From positions 1 through 38,533 of IMG/VR virus record IMGVR_UViG_3300045988_077292: a stretch of 38,533 nt of DNA; one strand, given 5' to 3'. This document shows, in pieces, positions 1 to 9,666 of this stretch (position 1 is its first letter; each line of letters opens with the position of its first letter). The notes below the pieces were generated by a model. The model worked only from the letters and a program-made list of their open reading frames with translations. It had not been told where the DNA came from and did no database searches. The translations under genes and the position numbers were made by a program. This DNA is from a virus.

Positions 1-55
1 AGCGGTGGATGGATAGGTAATGGAGTGTACGATGCATCGTTCACCAGTGACACAG
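1..55. repeat. Terminal overlap copy 1 (identical to 38479-38533)
   Basis: agcggtggatggataggtaatggagtgtacgatgcatcgttcaccagtgacacag occurs at both ends. This is typical of a circular contig closed by a k-mer overlap. Confidence 0.95.
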
Positions 56-3000
56 CGAGGTATATAGAGCGCCAGCAGGCAAAGAAACGTGTAGCTGAAT
101 TGCGAGGTGTCCCGTATGACCAGTTTGATGATGGAAACATACGCTACTCCCGGCGTGACGTGGGGCTGGACGACACGGCGGAGCAGCGCCGCGGCAGACA
201 GGAAAGCTACGCAGATCTCAGACGCAGGAACGCGGAGCTTGAGCGGCGCGTGGAATACTGGAAAGGTCAGACGAGGACAAGCAAGGCAGCGACCGTGCGC
301 CAGACGGACACGGACGCATTCGCCCGGCAGCTGATGAACGACGCATACAACAGTGACCGGGAGACGCTGGGTAAGGTGAAGGACAGCCTCAAGGGGCTGG
401 GCGATTACATTGTGCAGTCGAGGGCGGAAGACCTGGACTATGCCACGATACACGAGATTGCCACGGAGACGGCGGACATGATACTGCAAGGGTCATACAC
501 CACCATCGACGACACGAACGCGGACAACCGCGAGCAGCTGCACGACTATCTGCACAGCACGAAGCTTGCCATGAACGAGCGGGAAATGCTCGACCTGCCG
601 GAGGGCTGGCGCCAGAAGAACCGCGGCAACATCAAGCTGAGCAAGGACGGGCTGCCGGTAGACACAGCGTATGGAGAGCTGCAAGGGATGTTCGGCGAGG
701 GAACATTCCCCTCGGACATCACAAGCCAGGCAGACATGCTGCAGCGCATAGCGGACGTGGAGCGGGCGTGGAGACCCGTGAAAGCCAACCCGTTCGCAGA
801 GTACATGGCGGAGATGCGCGAGAACATGGCACAGGAGATCATAGACACAATGCTGTCGGATGAGATACGCCAGACCCCGCCCACAGCAATGGACAGAGCC
901 GTCGCCCGTGAGACGGAGCGCGTCGCCGGGGAGCGGAGAAAGAACCGTGAGCTTCAGCAGCGCATAGCACAGGTGCAGCAGGAGGGCATAGAGCGCACGA
1001 GGAAAGCCGTGCAGGATGAACGGCGGTTTCAGCTGCAGCGGCAGGAGCGGGCACAAAAGGTGAAGAACATAGAGAAGATGATCACCCGCTGGGCAAAGCA
1101 GCTGACGGACAACACGGGCAAGAGCCACATACCCGACGCGCTGAAACAGCCGATAGGGCAACTGATACGGAGCATAGACCCGACGACAAAGTACACCACA
1201 GCAAAAGGCAGCGCCGCCCTCGCGGACCGTCTGCGCCGGGTGGGCGACGCACTGGAGAAACAGCAGAAATACAACATGGGCGACACCGCGGAGGGCGGCG
1301 CGGATGTGTACATCGACCTGCCGCCAGAGATAGGCAGCCGACTGCGGGAATATGCAGAAGATATTGAGGACGCAGCAAGCATACGGCGCGAGTGGAAGCT
1401 GGAGGACATGGACTTGCAGGAGCTGGCGGAGCTGGAAGATATGCTGACCAGCGTGCGGGATTCTCTCAAGAACGCAAACGAACTGTACAGCATGAACATG
1501 AAGGCGGACGCGCTGGGCGACGAGACAGTGAAGTATCTGAACAAGCTGCCCGCAAAAACCAAGGCGGCGAGATTCGAAGAGAAGTTCCTCGGCTACACAA
1601 ACCAGACCCCGGTGTATTTCTTCAAGCGCTTCGGCACAGGCGGAGAAAAAGTATTCAAGTCCCTTGCCGATGGTTGGGAAGACTTCGCATTCAAGGCAAA
1701 TGCAATACGGGAGTTTGCTGAAAAGCTGTACAACTCCAAGGAGGTACGCGAGGCGGAGCAGACCATAGTGCAGGTGCAGCTGCACGACAAGCTTGCAAAC
1801 GGGCTGACGAACGAGGAGACCGTGCCGGTGTACATGACCAAGGCACAGATCATGTGCCTGTACGGGGCGACACTGCGCGGCGAGGCGGCGCTGAATCACA
1901 TCCTCGGCGCCGGCATAAAGCTCACGGACATCAAGCAGCCACGCGGGAAGGACACGATCACGCAGAGCGACAACTACCTCACCACGGCGGAGGAGTTGGA
2001 AAGCATCATCAACGACAACCTCAGTGAGCGGGATAAAGAGATCGTGCGCGGCATGATAAAGTTCATGAGCACAACGTGCGCGAACTGGGGCAACGCCGTG
2101 AGCCAGAAGCGCTGGGGAATCAATCTGTTCACGGAAGACAGCTACTGGCCCATATCCACGGACAGCCGCAGCCGCGACGTGAAGAGCGGCGAGGCGGCGG
2201 GCAGCAGCACAAGTATGTACCGGCTGGCAAACATGGGCTTCACAAAGCCGCTGACGCCGGGGTCAACAAACCCGATGGTGATAGGCAGCGCGTTCGATGT
2301 GTTCGCCAACCACACATCCGACATGGCAAAGTACGGCTCAATGGTGCTGCCGATACTGGACGCGATGAAGTGGATAAACTACAGCGCTACGATGGAGACG
2401 AGCGGGACACAGTACACCACGGCGTCCGTGCGCAAGGCGATGGACAGAGCTTACGGCGTGGACGCACAGAACTATTTCGTGAAGCTCATGCGTGACCTCA
2501 ACGGCAGCAAGGAGGGCGGCAGAGAAACCAACGGGTTGGAGACATGGACAGCAAGATACAAACGGCAGGCAGTGTCCGGCAACCTCCGCGTCATGCTGCT
2601 GCAGCCGACAGCTTACGCACGCGCCGGGATGGTGATAGACCCGAAGTATCTGGTCGTCGGAGCGATCGGGCAGCACGAGGTAATAAAGAACTACCGGGAG
2701 GCGATAGCAAACAGCGGCACGGCACTGTGGAAGAGCATGGGGTTTTACGATGTGAACATCAACGCCTCCATGCGGGACCTCATAAAGAACGACGAGAGCG
2801 CCGTGGACAAAGTTGTCGACTGGACGATGAAGGGCGCAGAGCTTGGCGACCAGTGGACGTGGTCGATGATCTGGCGGGCGTGCCGGACGGAGCAGCAGGA
2901 CATAGCGCGCAAAGGCAGAGAACAGCTGACACATGAGGAGCTTATGCAGCGCACGGCGGAGCGCTTCCAAGAAGTGATCTATCAGACGCAGGTGATGGAT

Positions 3001-4761
3001 TCCACACTGACGCGCAGCCAGATAATGCGGAGCGACGACAAGCTGAACAAAGCGCTGACTTCGTTCATGGCAGAACCGACGCTGACATACAACACGCTGT
3101 CGAACACGTACCTTGAGTACCAGAGACTGAAAGGTGCGGAGGGCGCGCAGACGGCGTGGAAGAAGTGCGGCGGGCAAATCGCCCGGGCGCTGGGCGTGTA
3201 CACGGTGAGCGCGGCGCTGCAAGCGGTAGTGGAGAGCATACCGGACGCATGGCGCGACGACGATGAGTACATGACGTTCATGGAAAAGTGGCTTGAAAAG
3301 TTCTGGGGCGAGGAGAGTTTCCTTGATGGCAACCTCGCGTCGGAGCTGAATCCGTTGAACAAGCTGCCGGTAATAAAGGATCTGCTCAATGCGCTGGAGG
3401 GACACGCATCAACCAATATGTCGACCGAGGGATTATCTTCGGCAGTGAAGTTCCTCAATACCTTCTGGGATAAAATCCAGTACTGGCTGGGAGAGACGGA
3501 CGGCTCAGACATAAAGGTCACAGATTGGGGCTGGATATATCAAGGGTTGAAAGCCGTGTCACAGTTGGTAGGCATACCGGGGTACAACATCGTGCGTGAT
3601 GTAGTAGGTGTTTGGAATTCAACCTTTGGCACATGGACGGATATGAGAATCAGAACGTATGCGGCGCGCCCGGAGAGCGAGATAAAGAACGCATACCTCA
3701 AGGGGTATCTGACTGATGAGGAAGCCAAGGAGCTGCTGATGGACGCCAAGACCATGGGCGACAATGTGTACTGGACTGAGCACGCCGCCACTGTACAGAT
3801 AAACGATTGGGCGAACGACAGCGGAGAGGTCTACGCAGATCTGTACACCGCAATGGAGAACGACGATCGCACGGCATACGACGCAGCGTTCAAGGCATTG
3901 ACCGACACGGGACGCTACGCCTACGACGTGCAGAGCAAGGTGAAAGAACAGATCAAGGAGTGGTATGCCGGGGACAAGCGCGGCAAGATTGTACTTGCGA
4001 AAGAGCAGACCATAGCAATGCTCAAGGAGTTCGGCGGCATGACAGACCATGACGCCAAGGTCACAGCACAGCAGTGGACGTGCAAGCAACAGGAGGGCTT
4101 TGACTACAGCCAGAGAAAGAAGCTGTTCCTCTCCGGGGACATTGACAAAACAGAAGCGGTGTACTTGATAAAGACCTATGGTGTGGACGACGACGGGAAG
4201 CTGCTGGCGGACTATAAGGACAAGACCAAGGCAAACGCAATCGCGGAAAAGGAAGTGCGCAAGTGGTCGATGATAACCGAACAGGGCATAGACTACGACG
4301 ATATGCGCGACGCCTACAATGCCGGTGAGATCACACTGGCGCAGGTCAAGGAGTGGAGCATGGATTACGGCAGTGAGGATGAGAAAACCGCAGACAACAA
4401 GTGCTACCGCTGGGAATGGATAGCCGGAAGCGAAGAGCTGAAAGGAACGACCGGCGCACAGGCGCGGAGGTACGACACTTACATTGCTGCGGCGAACGTG
4501 GACATGACCAAGGAGCAGTATTACAATTACATCGACGGTCACGAAGCGAATACGTTCCACGCAGACCTCATGCCGGGGAGCACAACGGTGTATATAAAGT
4601 ACTCCAAACGAGACAAGGCATGGGCATACATTGACAGTCTGCCGATCACGGCAGCACAGAAGGACGCGCTGGCAATGTGCTACGCTGCGGACAACAGCAA
4701 AGAACTGAATAACCCCACAAAGACTTGGATGATGCTTGAAGACGCCCCGTGGAACAACTGA
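1..4761 (+). CDS. C-terminal 1586 codons of the giant 2852-aa polyvalent-type virion protein (continues from 34681-38533 across the circular junction)
   Basis: Frame 1 is open from nt 1 to TGA 4759-4761. The listed ORF 25..4761 is only its internal GTG. The same frame is open to the very end of the window, and 38479 is equivalent to nt 1. It contains an FFKRFG motif (1609-1635) and long helical regions. Confidence 0.85.
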   Translation, partial: SGGWIGNGVYDASFTSDTARYIERQQAKKRVAELRGVPYDQFDDGNIRYSRRDVGLDDTAEQRRGRQESYADLRRRNAELERRVEYWKGQTRTSKAATVRQTDTDAFARQLMNDAYNSDRETLGKVKDSLKGLGDYIVQSRAEDLDYATIHEIATETADMILQGSYTTIDDTNADNREQLHDYLHSTKLAMNEREMLDLPEGWRQKNRGNIKLSKDGLPVDTAYGELQGMFGEGTFPSDITSQADMLQRIADVERAWRPVKANPFAEYMAEMRENMAQEIIDTMLSDEIRQTPPTAMDRAVARETERVAGERRKNRELQQRIAQVQQEGIERTRKAVQDERRFQLQRQERAQKVKNIEKMITRWAKQLTDNTGKSHIPDALKQPIGQLIRSIDPTTKYTTAKGSAALADRLRRVGDALEKQQKYNMGDTAEGGADVYIDLPPEIGSRLREYAEDIEDAASIRREWKLEDMDLQELAELEDMLTSVRDSLKNANELYSMNMKADALGDETVKYLNKLPAKTKAARFEEKFLGYTNQTPVYFFKRFGTGGEKVFKSLADGWEDFAFKANAIREFAEKLYNSKEVREAEQTIVQVQLHDKLANGLTNEETVPVYMTKAQIMCLYGATLRGEAALNHILGAGIKLTDIKQPRGKDTITQSDNYLTTAEELESIINDNLSERDKEIVRGMIKFMSTTCANWGNAVSQKRWGINLFTEDSYWPISTDSRSRDVKSGEAAGSSTSMYRLANMGFTKPLTPGSTNPMVIGSAFDVFANHTSDMAKYGSMVLPILDAMKWINYSATMETSGTQYTTASVRKAMDRAYGVDAQNYFVKLMRDLNGSKEGGRETNGLETWTARYKRQAVSGNLRVMLLQPTAYARAGMVIDPKYLVVGAIGQHEVIKNYREAIANSGTALWKSMGFYDVNINASMRDLIKNDESAVDKVVDWTMKGAELGDQWTWSMIWRACRTEQQDIARKGREQLTHEELMQRTAERFQEVIYQTQVMDSTLTRSQIMRSDDKLNKALTSFMAEPTLTYNTLSNTYLEYQRLKGAEGAQTAWKKCGGQIARALGVYTVSAALQAVVESIPDAWRDDDEYMTFMEKWLEKFWGEESFLDGNLASELNPLNKLPVIKDLLNALEGHASTNMSTEGLSSAVKFLNTFWDKIQYWLGETDGSDIKVTDWGWIYQGLKAVSQLVGIPGYNIVRDVVGVWNSTFGTWTDMRIRTYAARPESEIKNAYLKGYLTDEEAKELLMDAKTMGDNVYWTEHAATVQINDWANDSGEVYADLYTAMENDDRTAYDAAFKALTDTGRYAYDVQSKVKEQIKEWYAGDKRGKIVLAKEQTIAMLKEFGGMTDHDAKVTAQQWTCKQQEGFDYSQRKKLFLSGDIDKTEAVYLIKTYGVDDDGKLLADYKDKTKANAIAEKEVRKWSMITEQGIDYDDMRDAYNAGEITLAQVKEWSMDYGSEDEKTADNKCYRWEWIAGSEELKGTTGAQARRYDTYIAAANVDMTKEQYYNYIDGHEANTFHADLMPGSTTVYIKYSKRDKAWAYIDSLPITAAQKDALAMCYAADNSKELNNPTKTWMMLEDAPWNN

Positions 4762-4780
4762 ACAATACAGCACAAGAAAG

Positions 4781-4812
4781 AAGCTGTTCGGAAAAACCGA
4801 ACAGCTTTTTTC
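4781..4812 (+). terminator. Rho-independent terminator after the giant gene
   Basis: AAGCTGTTCGG aaaaa CCGAACAGCTT forms a perfect 11-bp stem, followed by TTTTTCAATTTT. Confidence 0.8.
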
Positions 4813-4826
4813 AATTTTATAAAAAA

Positions 4827-4872
4827 GGGATAAAAAGTGCCATAGAGAAATAGAAGGAGACCCTGCTACAAT
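4827..4872 (+). promoter_or_regulatory. Late promoter cassette 1: 24-bp box GGGATAAAAAGTGCCATAGAGAAA, 13 nt, then TGcTACAAT (extended -10)
   Basis: The same box and the same 13-nt spacing to TGcTATAAT recur at 29270-29315. It sits directly upstream of the scaffold/capsid genes. There is no TTGACA-like -35. Confidence 0.65.
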
Positions 4873-4948
4873 ATAGGCAAGGTTGACAGGGCGGTCGCCC
4901 CGCCCGGCATGAGCCGAAACAAAGCAGAAAGATATGGAGGCAACCGAA

Positions 4949-5962
4949 ATGAACAGCAAAAAATATTGGCTACAGTACTTCGCTGACGGCGCACCTGCAG
5001 GAGACGGCGGCGGAGACGGAGCCGCAGCGGGCGTAGACAGTCCTGCCGCCGCCGGGCAGGGAGAGAGCACAAGCACTCTGGAAAGACTGGGAGTTCCGAA
5101 GGACAAGGTCAAAAGGTATGAAGCGTCGAGGCAGCGGCGCGGGATGAGAACGGAAGCGGCACAGCCGCCTGAGACGTCCCCGGCTGCGGCAGAGGCAGAA
5201 GCCGAAGAAAGTGACGCCGGAGCGGGCGCACAGACCAAGCCGAAGTGGGACGACATTCTGAAAGACCCGGAGTATAAAGCGGCATTCGATTCACAGGTGA
5301 GCGGGATCCTCAGCAAGCGTCTTGCCAAGGCGAACGAGCGGGAGCAGAGCATGGCAAAGCTCACCCCGGCGCTGGAAATGCTGGCGAAGAAGTACGGCGT
5401 GGACGCGCGGGACTTCGACGGCTTGACGGCGAAGATCGTTGACGACGACAACATGTACCGCGAGCGCGCAGCAGAGATGGGCGTGGACGTGAAGACCGCC
5501 AAGCTGCTCGCCCAGAACGAGAACATGGTGGAGCACGAGAAGGCGGAGAAGCAGAACTTCATCCAGCAGCAGATGGTGATGAACCATATCGCCAAGCTCA
5601 ATGAGCAGGGCAACGCGCTGAGAGCGGAGTTCCCGGACTTCAACCTTGAAGCCGAGATGCAGAACGATATGTTCGTGAAGCTGACGCAGCCGGGTATGCT
5701 GTCGGTCGAGGACGCATACAAGGCGGTGCACCGCAAGGAGATCGAGGCCGCAAAGAAGCAGGCAATGGAGCAGCAGGCAATGATCGCTGCCCAAGCCGCA
5801 GTGAGAGCGGGACAGGCGCGTCCCCGTGAGAACGGGGCGGGTGCTGCCGCAACGATAACCCGCGTACCTCCGGCACAGCGGAGCAAAGCGGAAAGAGAAG
5901 AACTGAAACGCCGCATATACGCGGCGGACGCGAGAGGAGAAAAGCTGCCCGTAGACTGGTAG
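4949..5962 (+). CDS. Scaffolding protein (337 aa from ATG 4949)
   Basis: The protein is A/E/K/Q-rich and helical, and lies immediately upstream of the capsid gene. GGAGG at 4936-4940 sits 8 nt before ATG 4949. The N-terminus MNSKKYWLQYFAD parallels the capsid N-terminus. The track start 4934 is less likely. Confidence 0.75.
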   Translation: MNSKKYWLQYFADGAPAGDGGGDGAAAGVDSPAAAGQGESTSTLERLGVPKDKVKRYEASRQRRGMRTEAAQPPETSPAAAEAEAEESDAGAGAQTKPKWDDILKDPEYKAAFDSQVSGILSKRLAKANEREQSMAKLTPALEMLAKKYGVDARDFDGLTAKIVDDDNMYRERAAEMGVDVKTAKLLAQNENMVEHEKAEKQNFIQQQMVMNHIAKLNEQGNALRAEFPDFNLEAEMQNDMFVKLTQPGMLSVEDAYKAVHRKEIEAAKKQAMEQQAMIAAQAAVRAGQARPRENGAGAAATITRVPPAQRSKAEREELKRRIYAADARGEKLPVDW

Positions 5963-5996
5963 CGCACATCCTCTCGGATAAGGAGAGGAAAACATA

Positions 5997-7139
5997 ATGA
6001 ACAAATTCAAATGGCTGCAGTATTTTGCAGACGCCGGTACGCTTGTCAATGCGACCGGCAACTACGTCAACGCATACACCGGCGACACCACGGCATTCTC
6101 CGGCACGAACGACCTCACAGGGGAGCTGAAAACGTTCTATGACACGGAGCTGTTGGAGAACGCGCGCATCGAACTGTACTACGCTCAGTTCGGCAAGCGT
6201 CAGTCGCTCCCCAAGAACCACGAAGGCAAGGTGGAATGGAGAAAGTTCAACACCTTTGCCCGTGCGGACAAACTCGTCGAGGGCGTTATCCCCACCGGCC
6301 AGAAGCTCGGCATGAGCAAAGTGACCGGCGCTGTCGACCAGTATGGTACTTACACGGCGGTCACGGACAAGCTGGAGCTGCGCGCGTATGACCCGATAAT
6401 CCTTGCGGCGACCGAAGAGATGGGCGCAAGCGCGGCGGAGACACAGGAGAAGCTGACGCGCGACGCGCTGCTTGTCGGCACGAACGTTGTGTACTGCGAC
6501 AACATCGACAAGGAGACCCGCAAGGTGCTGAGCACACCCACGTCCTGCAAGACTATGGGCGCGGGCGGCACCACCACTCCGACCGGGGACGGCACTGCGA
6601 CGCCGGACGGCTGGGCGCTGCTCACGGCGGCGATGGTGGACAAGATCGTCACCATCATGAAGAAGAACCGCGCACCGCGCATCAACGGTTACTACTATGC
6701 AGTAGCCCACCCGTCCGTGCTGTACGATCTGCGCCGTGACCCGGAGTGGATAGAGGCGCACAAGTACGCCGCGCCCGACGCGCTGTTCAACGGCGAGATC
6801 GGCGAGATCGGCGGCGTGCGCTTCATAGAAGACGTGTTTGCGCCGGTGCTGGGCGTGAAGGGCGCAAGCGCCGCGCAGGATGACGAGTACGTCAACAAGG
6901 AGCGAGGCAGGAGCTATGCGACGTACTTCTTCGGCAAGGAAGCCTTCGGCATCATCGACCCGGAGGGCGGCGCGATGGAGATGATCGTGCACGACAAGTC
7001 CGAGATAGGCGGACCGCTGGATCAGTTCAGCACCATCGGCTACAAGCTGGAAACCAACGGCGCGACCATCCTCTACCCGGAGCGTATGCTGCGAGTGATG
7101 AGCGTGTCCTCTTTCAGCGCAGAGGACGAAACCAACTGA
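5997..7139 (+). CDS. Major capsid protein (HK97-fold type, 380 aa)
   Basis: Size and position after the scaffold gene fit. The pattern KTFYDTELLENAR...YAQFGKRQSLPKN.GKVEWRKF is typical of Firmicutes-phage major capsid proteins. RBS AAGGAGAGG. A strong hairpin follows the gene. Confidence 0.8.
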   Translation: MNKFKWLQYFADAGTLVNATGNYVNAYTGDTTAFSGTNDLTGELKTFYDTELLENARIELYYAQFGKRQSLPKNHEGKVEWRKFNTFARADKLVEGVIPTGQKLGMSKVTGAVDQYGTYTAVTDKLELRAYDPIILAATEEMGASAAETQEKLTRDALLVGTNVVYCDNIDKETRKVLSTPTSCKTMGAGGTTTPTGDGTATPDGWALLTAAMVDKIVTIMKKNRAPRINGYYYAVAHPSVLYDLRRDPEWIEAHKYAAPDALFNGEIGEIGGVRFIEDVFAPVLGVKGASAAQDDEYVNKERGRSYATYFFGKEAFGIIDPEGGAMEMIVHDKSEIGGPLDQFSTIGYKLETNGATILYPERMLRVMSVSSFSAEDETN

Positions 7140-7150
7140 TAGAAACATAG

Positions 7151-7174
7151 GCAGGGACACGAGAGTGTCCCTGC
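7151..7174 (+). other. Perfect 10-bp hairpin after the capsid gene (GCAGGGACAC gaga GTGTCCCTGC), no U-tract
   Basis: Read directly. It could be an attenuator or an mRNA-stabilising stem between the capsid and downstream genes. Confidence 0.5.
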
Positions 7175-7196
7175 TGCTGAAAGGAGAACAAACACA

Positions 7197-7505
7197 ATGG
7201 CAAAGGCAAAGACGATAGACGAAGAGATCATGAACGGCGAAGACACCATGATCGACATGGAAGGGGTCGAGACCGTAGCGGTCGAGGACCCGAACGAAAA
7301 GGTGACCATAAGAGTGCCGAGGATCCATCCCAAGGAAGACCCGAATCTCTTCGTGGGCATCAACGGGAAGAACTACATTATCCCCAGAGGCAAGGCGGTG
7401 AAAGTGCCGCGCTTCGTAAAGGAAGAGATAGAGCGCAGCGAAAAGGCGAAGGACAGATTCTACGAGACGGTGGAAGAACTCCTGCCCGAAGAGCAGCTGA
7501 AATAA
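7197..7505 (+). CDS. Small acidic head-associated protein, function unknown (102 aa)
   Basis: RBS AAAGGAG upstream, position in the head module, and a clean ORF. Confidence 0.6.
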   Translation: MAKAKTIDEEIMNGEDTMIDMEGVETVAVEDPNEKVTIRVPRIHPKEDPNLFVGINGKNYIIPRGKAVKVPRFVKEEIERSEKAKDRFYETVEELLPEEQLK

Positions 7506-7529
7506 CCACAACGAGAGAGGAGCACAGAC

Positions 7530-7910
7530 ATGAAAGCGATGGAGATGATAGACCGGGTCGACCTCATGGAACCAAACGCATACAGTCCGGAACAGAAGCT
7601 GCGCTGGCTGTCCGTGCTCGACGGCAAGGTATATGAGGAAGTAATCCGCCCGCACGAGAAAACGCCGGGCGGATTCGCCGAATATGAGAACGGAGACGAG
7701 GAGCTGCTGATACCGTTCCCGTATGACTACGACGTATACTATCAGTATCTGCAAGCAATGATCGCGGCGGAGAACGCCGAGGGGCAGCGGTACAACAAGC
7801 GCATGGCAATGTTCAACAGCGCCTATGCCGCGTATGTCAACTGGTACTGCCGCAACCACAATATGTCCGCGGTGCAGGAGGGTGAGACCCCAAAGCACTT
7901 TTTGTTTTAG
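7530..7910 (+). CDS. Probable head-tail connector/adaptor protein (126 aa)
   Basis: RBS GAGAGGAG and position after the capsid gene. The motif EQKLRWLSVLDGKVYEEV with a Tyr-rich C-terminus resembles small phage connector proteins. The family was not verified. Confidence 0.5.
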   Translation: MKAMEMIDRVDLMEPNAYSPEQKLRWLSVLDGKVYEEVIRPHEKTPGGFAEYENGDEELLIPFPYDYDVYYQYLQAMIAAENAEGQRYNKRMAMFNSAYAAYVNWYCRNHNMSAVQEGETPKHFLF

Positions 7911-7920
7911 GAGGGCGACA

Positions 7921-9666
7921 ATGTTTCTGCCGGAATGGGATTATGAATATGAGACCCGCGACGTAACGGAAACGTTCGGCGGGTATGACCACCATTTGAA
8001 GATAGCAGACGGGATGTTCTACGAGACCAAAAACCTCACGAGCGCTTTCTCCCCGCTGCTCGCAGAGCGAAAGAAGCGCGGACTGGTCAAGCAGCTTACT
8101 GCACCGGGCGGACTGCTGGGCAAGGACGAGCTTGCCTACGTGGACAACGGGACGCTCTACTACAACGACGCGGCAACGCCGGTGACAAACCTCACGTCCG
8201 GCGAGAAGCAGCTCGTGAGCATGGGCGCGTACATCTGCGTGTTCCCGGACAAGGTGTACTACAACACGGCGGACGCGACGGACTACGGCAGCATGGAAGC
8301 GTACTACACCTCAACCGGCACGGTGAAGTACACGATGTGCAACGTGCAGGGTGTAGACTACGCGACGCCGACGAAGTCCGCCACGGCTCCCGAAAACCCG
8401 GAGAACGCGGCACTGTGGATAGACACATCACAGAACACACACGTGCTCAAGCAGTACAGCAGCGCAATCAAGGAATGGAACACCATCCCAACGGTGTACA
8501 CGAAAATACAGTTTATTTCGCAGGGCGAAGTGCCACAGCATTTCAGCGAGTACGACGGCGTGACCATCACGGGCGCGGACGGCGCGGACGTGAACGGTGA
8601 CAAGGTCATATATGCAATCGGCGGCAGCGAAACTGGGTTCGACTACATTGTGGTTGTCGGTTTGCTTGAACAAGCGTACACGCAGGAGACCGGCGTGGTA
8701 AGCTTGAGCCGGTCAGTGCCGCAGATGGATTTTGTGTGCGAAAGTCAGAACAGACTGTGGGGCTGCTACTACGGCAGTGACGGAGAGAAGAACCTCAACG
8801 AAATATACTGCTGTGCCTTGGGCGACTTCAAAAACTGGCGGCAGTACATGGGACTGGCGACGGATTCATGGACTGCCTCGGTCGGCTCAGACGGCGCGTG
8901 GACAGGCGCGGTTAACTACCTCGGCTACCCCACGTTCTTCAAGGAAGACAGAATACACCGCGTGTCGATCTCTACCATCGGTGCACACCAAATCACCGAG
9001 ACGGCGTGCCGCGGCGTGCAGAAGGGCAGCCACAAGAGCCTGGCGGTCGTCAATGAACTGCTGCTGTATAAATCCCGGAGCGACGTGTGCGCATACCAGG
9101 GCGGCTTCCCAACGTCAGTGTCGGAGGCGCTGGGCGATGAGCTGTATGACAACGCAGTGGCCGGGGCGGTGCGCGACAGATACTACATCAGCATGACCGA
9201 CAGAGCGGGAACACCGAACCTCTTCGTGTACGACATAGGCAAGAAGCTGTGGATGCACGAGGATGATCTCAAGATAGATGACTTCGCCCGGGTGGACGAT
9301 GAACTGTACGCGCTGAGCGGGAAGCTGCTGTATGCACTGCTCGGCAGCAAGGGAGAGCTGGAACCGTTCGTCAGCTGGACGGCGGAGACCGGCATACTTT
9401 ACTATCAGCAGCCGGAAAAGAAATACGTCTCACGCTTCAATGTCCGCATTCAGATGGAGGAAGGCGCAGAGCTGAATATGTACATTCAATACGATTCGAG
9501 CGGGGCGTGGGAACGCCGCGGCACGGTGCGGCTCAAGGGAACAAACACTGTGACGGTGCCAATACGCCCGCGGCGCTGTGACCATATGCGGCTCCGCCTT
9601 GAGGGTAAAGGCATGTTCCGCCTGTTCTCCATAGCGAAAATCGTGGTGTATGGGAGTGACATATAA
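7921..9666 (+). CDS. Large tail/baseplate-type structural protein (581 aa from ATG 7921)
   Basis: AGGAGGG at 7909-7915 sits 5 nt before ATG 7921. The longer track ORF from 7825 overlaps the previous gene. The protein is beta-rich and repetitive (YYN, LYAL, WGCYYG) and lies between the connector and fibre genes. Confidence 0.55.
   Translation: MFLPEWDYEYETRDVTETFGGYDHHLKIADGMFYETKNLTSAFSPLLAERKKRGLVKQLTAPGGLLGKDELAYVDNGTLYYNDAATPVTNLTSGEKQLVSMGAYICVFPDKVYYNTADATDYGSMEAYYTSTGTVKYTMCNVQGVDYATPTKSATAPENPENAALWIDTSQNTHVLKQYSSAIKEWNTIPTVYTKIQFISQGEVPQHFSEYDGVTITGADGADVNGDKVIYAIGGSETGFDYIVVVGLLEQAYTQETGVVSLSRSVPQMDFVCESQNRLWGCYYGSDGEKNLNEIYCCALGDFKNWRQYMGLATDSWTASVGSDGAWTGAVNYLGYPTFFKEDRIHRVSISTIGAHQITETACRGVQKGSHKSLAVVNELLLYKSRSDVCAYQGGFPTSVSEALGDELYDNAVAGAVRDRYYISMTDRAGTPNLFVYDIGKKLWMHEDDLKIDDFARVDDELYALSGKLLYALLGSKGELEPFVSWTAETGILYYQQPEKKYVSRFNVRIQMEEGAELNMYIQYDSSGAWERRGTVRLKGTNTVTVPIRPRRCDHMRLRLEGKGMFRLFSIAKIVVYGSDI

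Noticed and set aside
3619-7898. Very long minus-strand ORFs (3619-5967, 782 aa; 5640-7898, 752 aa). Similar ones lie at 493-1899, 2338-3405, 9760-10551, 15903-16856, 27830-28702, 29534-30988, 31168-32091 and 34620-38433.
   Set aside because: They lie antisense to + strand genes with clear homology motifs, RBSs and operon packing. Their translations are Arg/Leu/Cys/His/Ser-rich low-complexity strings, typical of shadow frames in GC-rich coding DNA.
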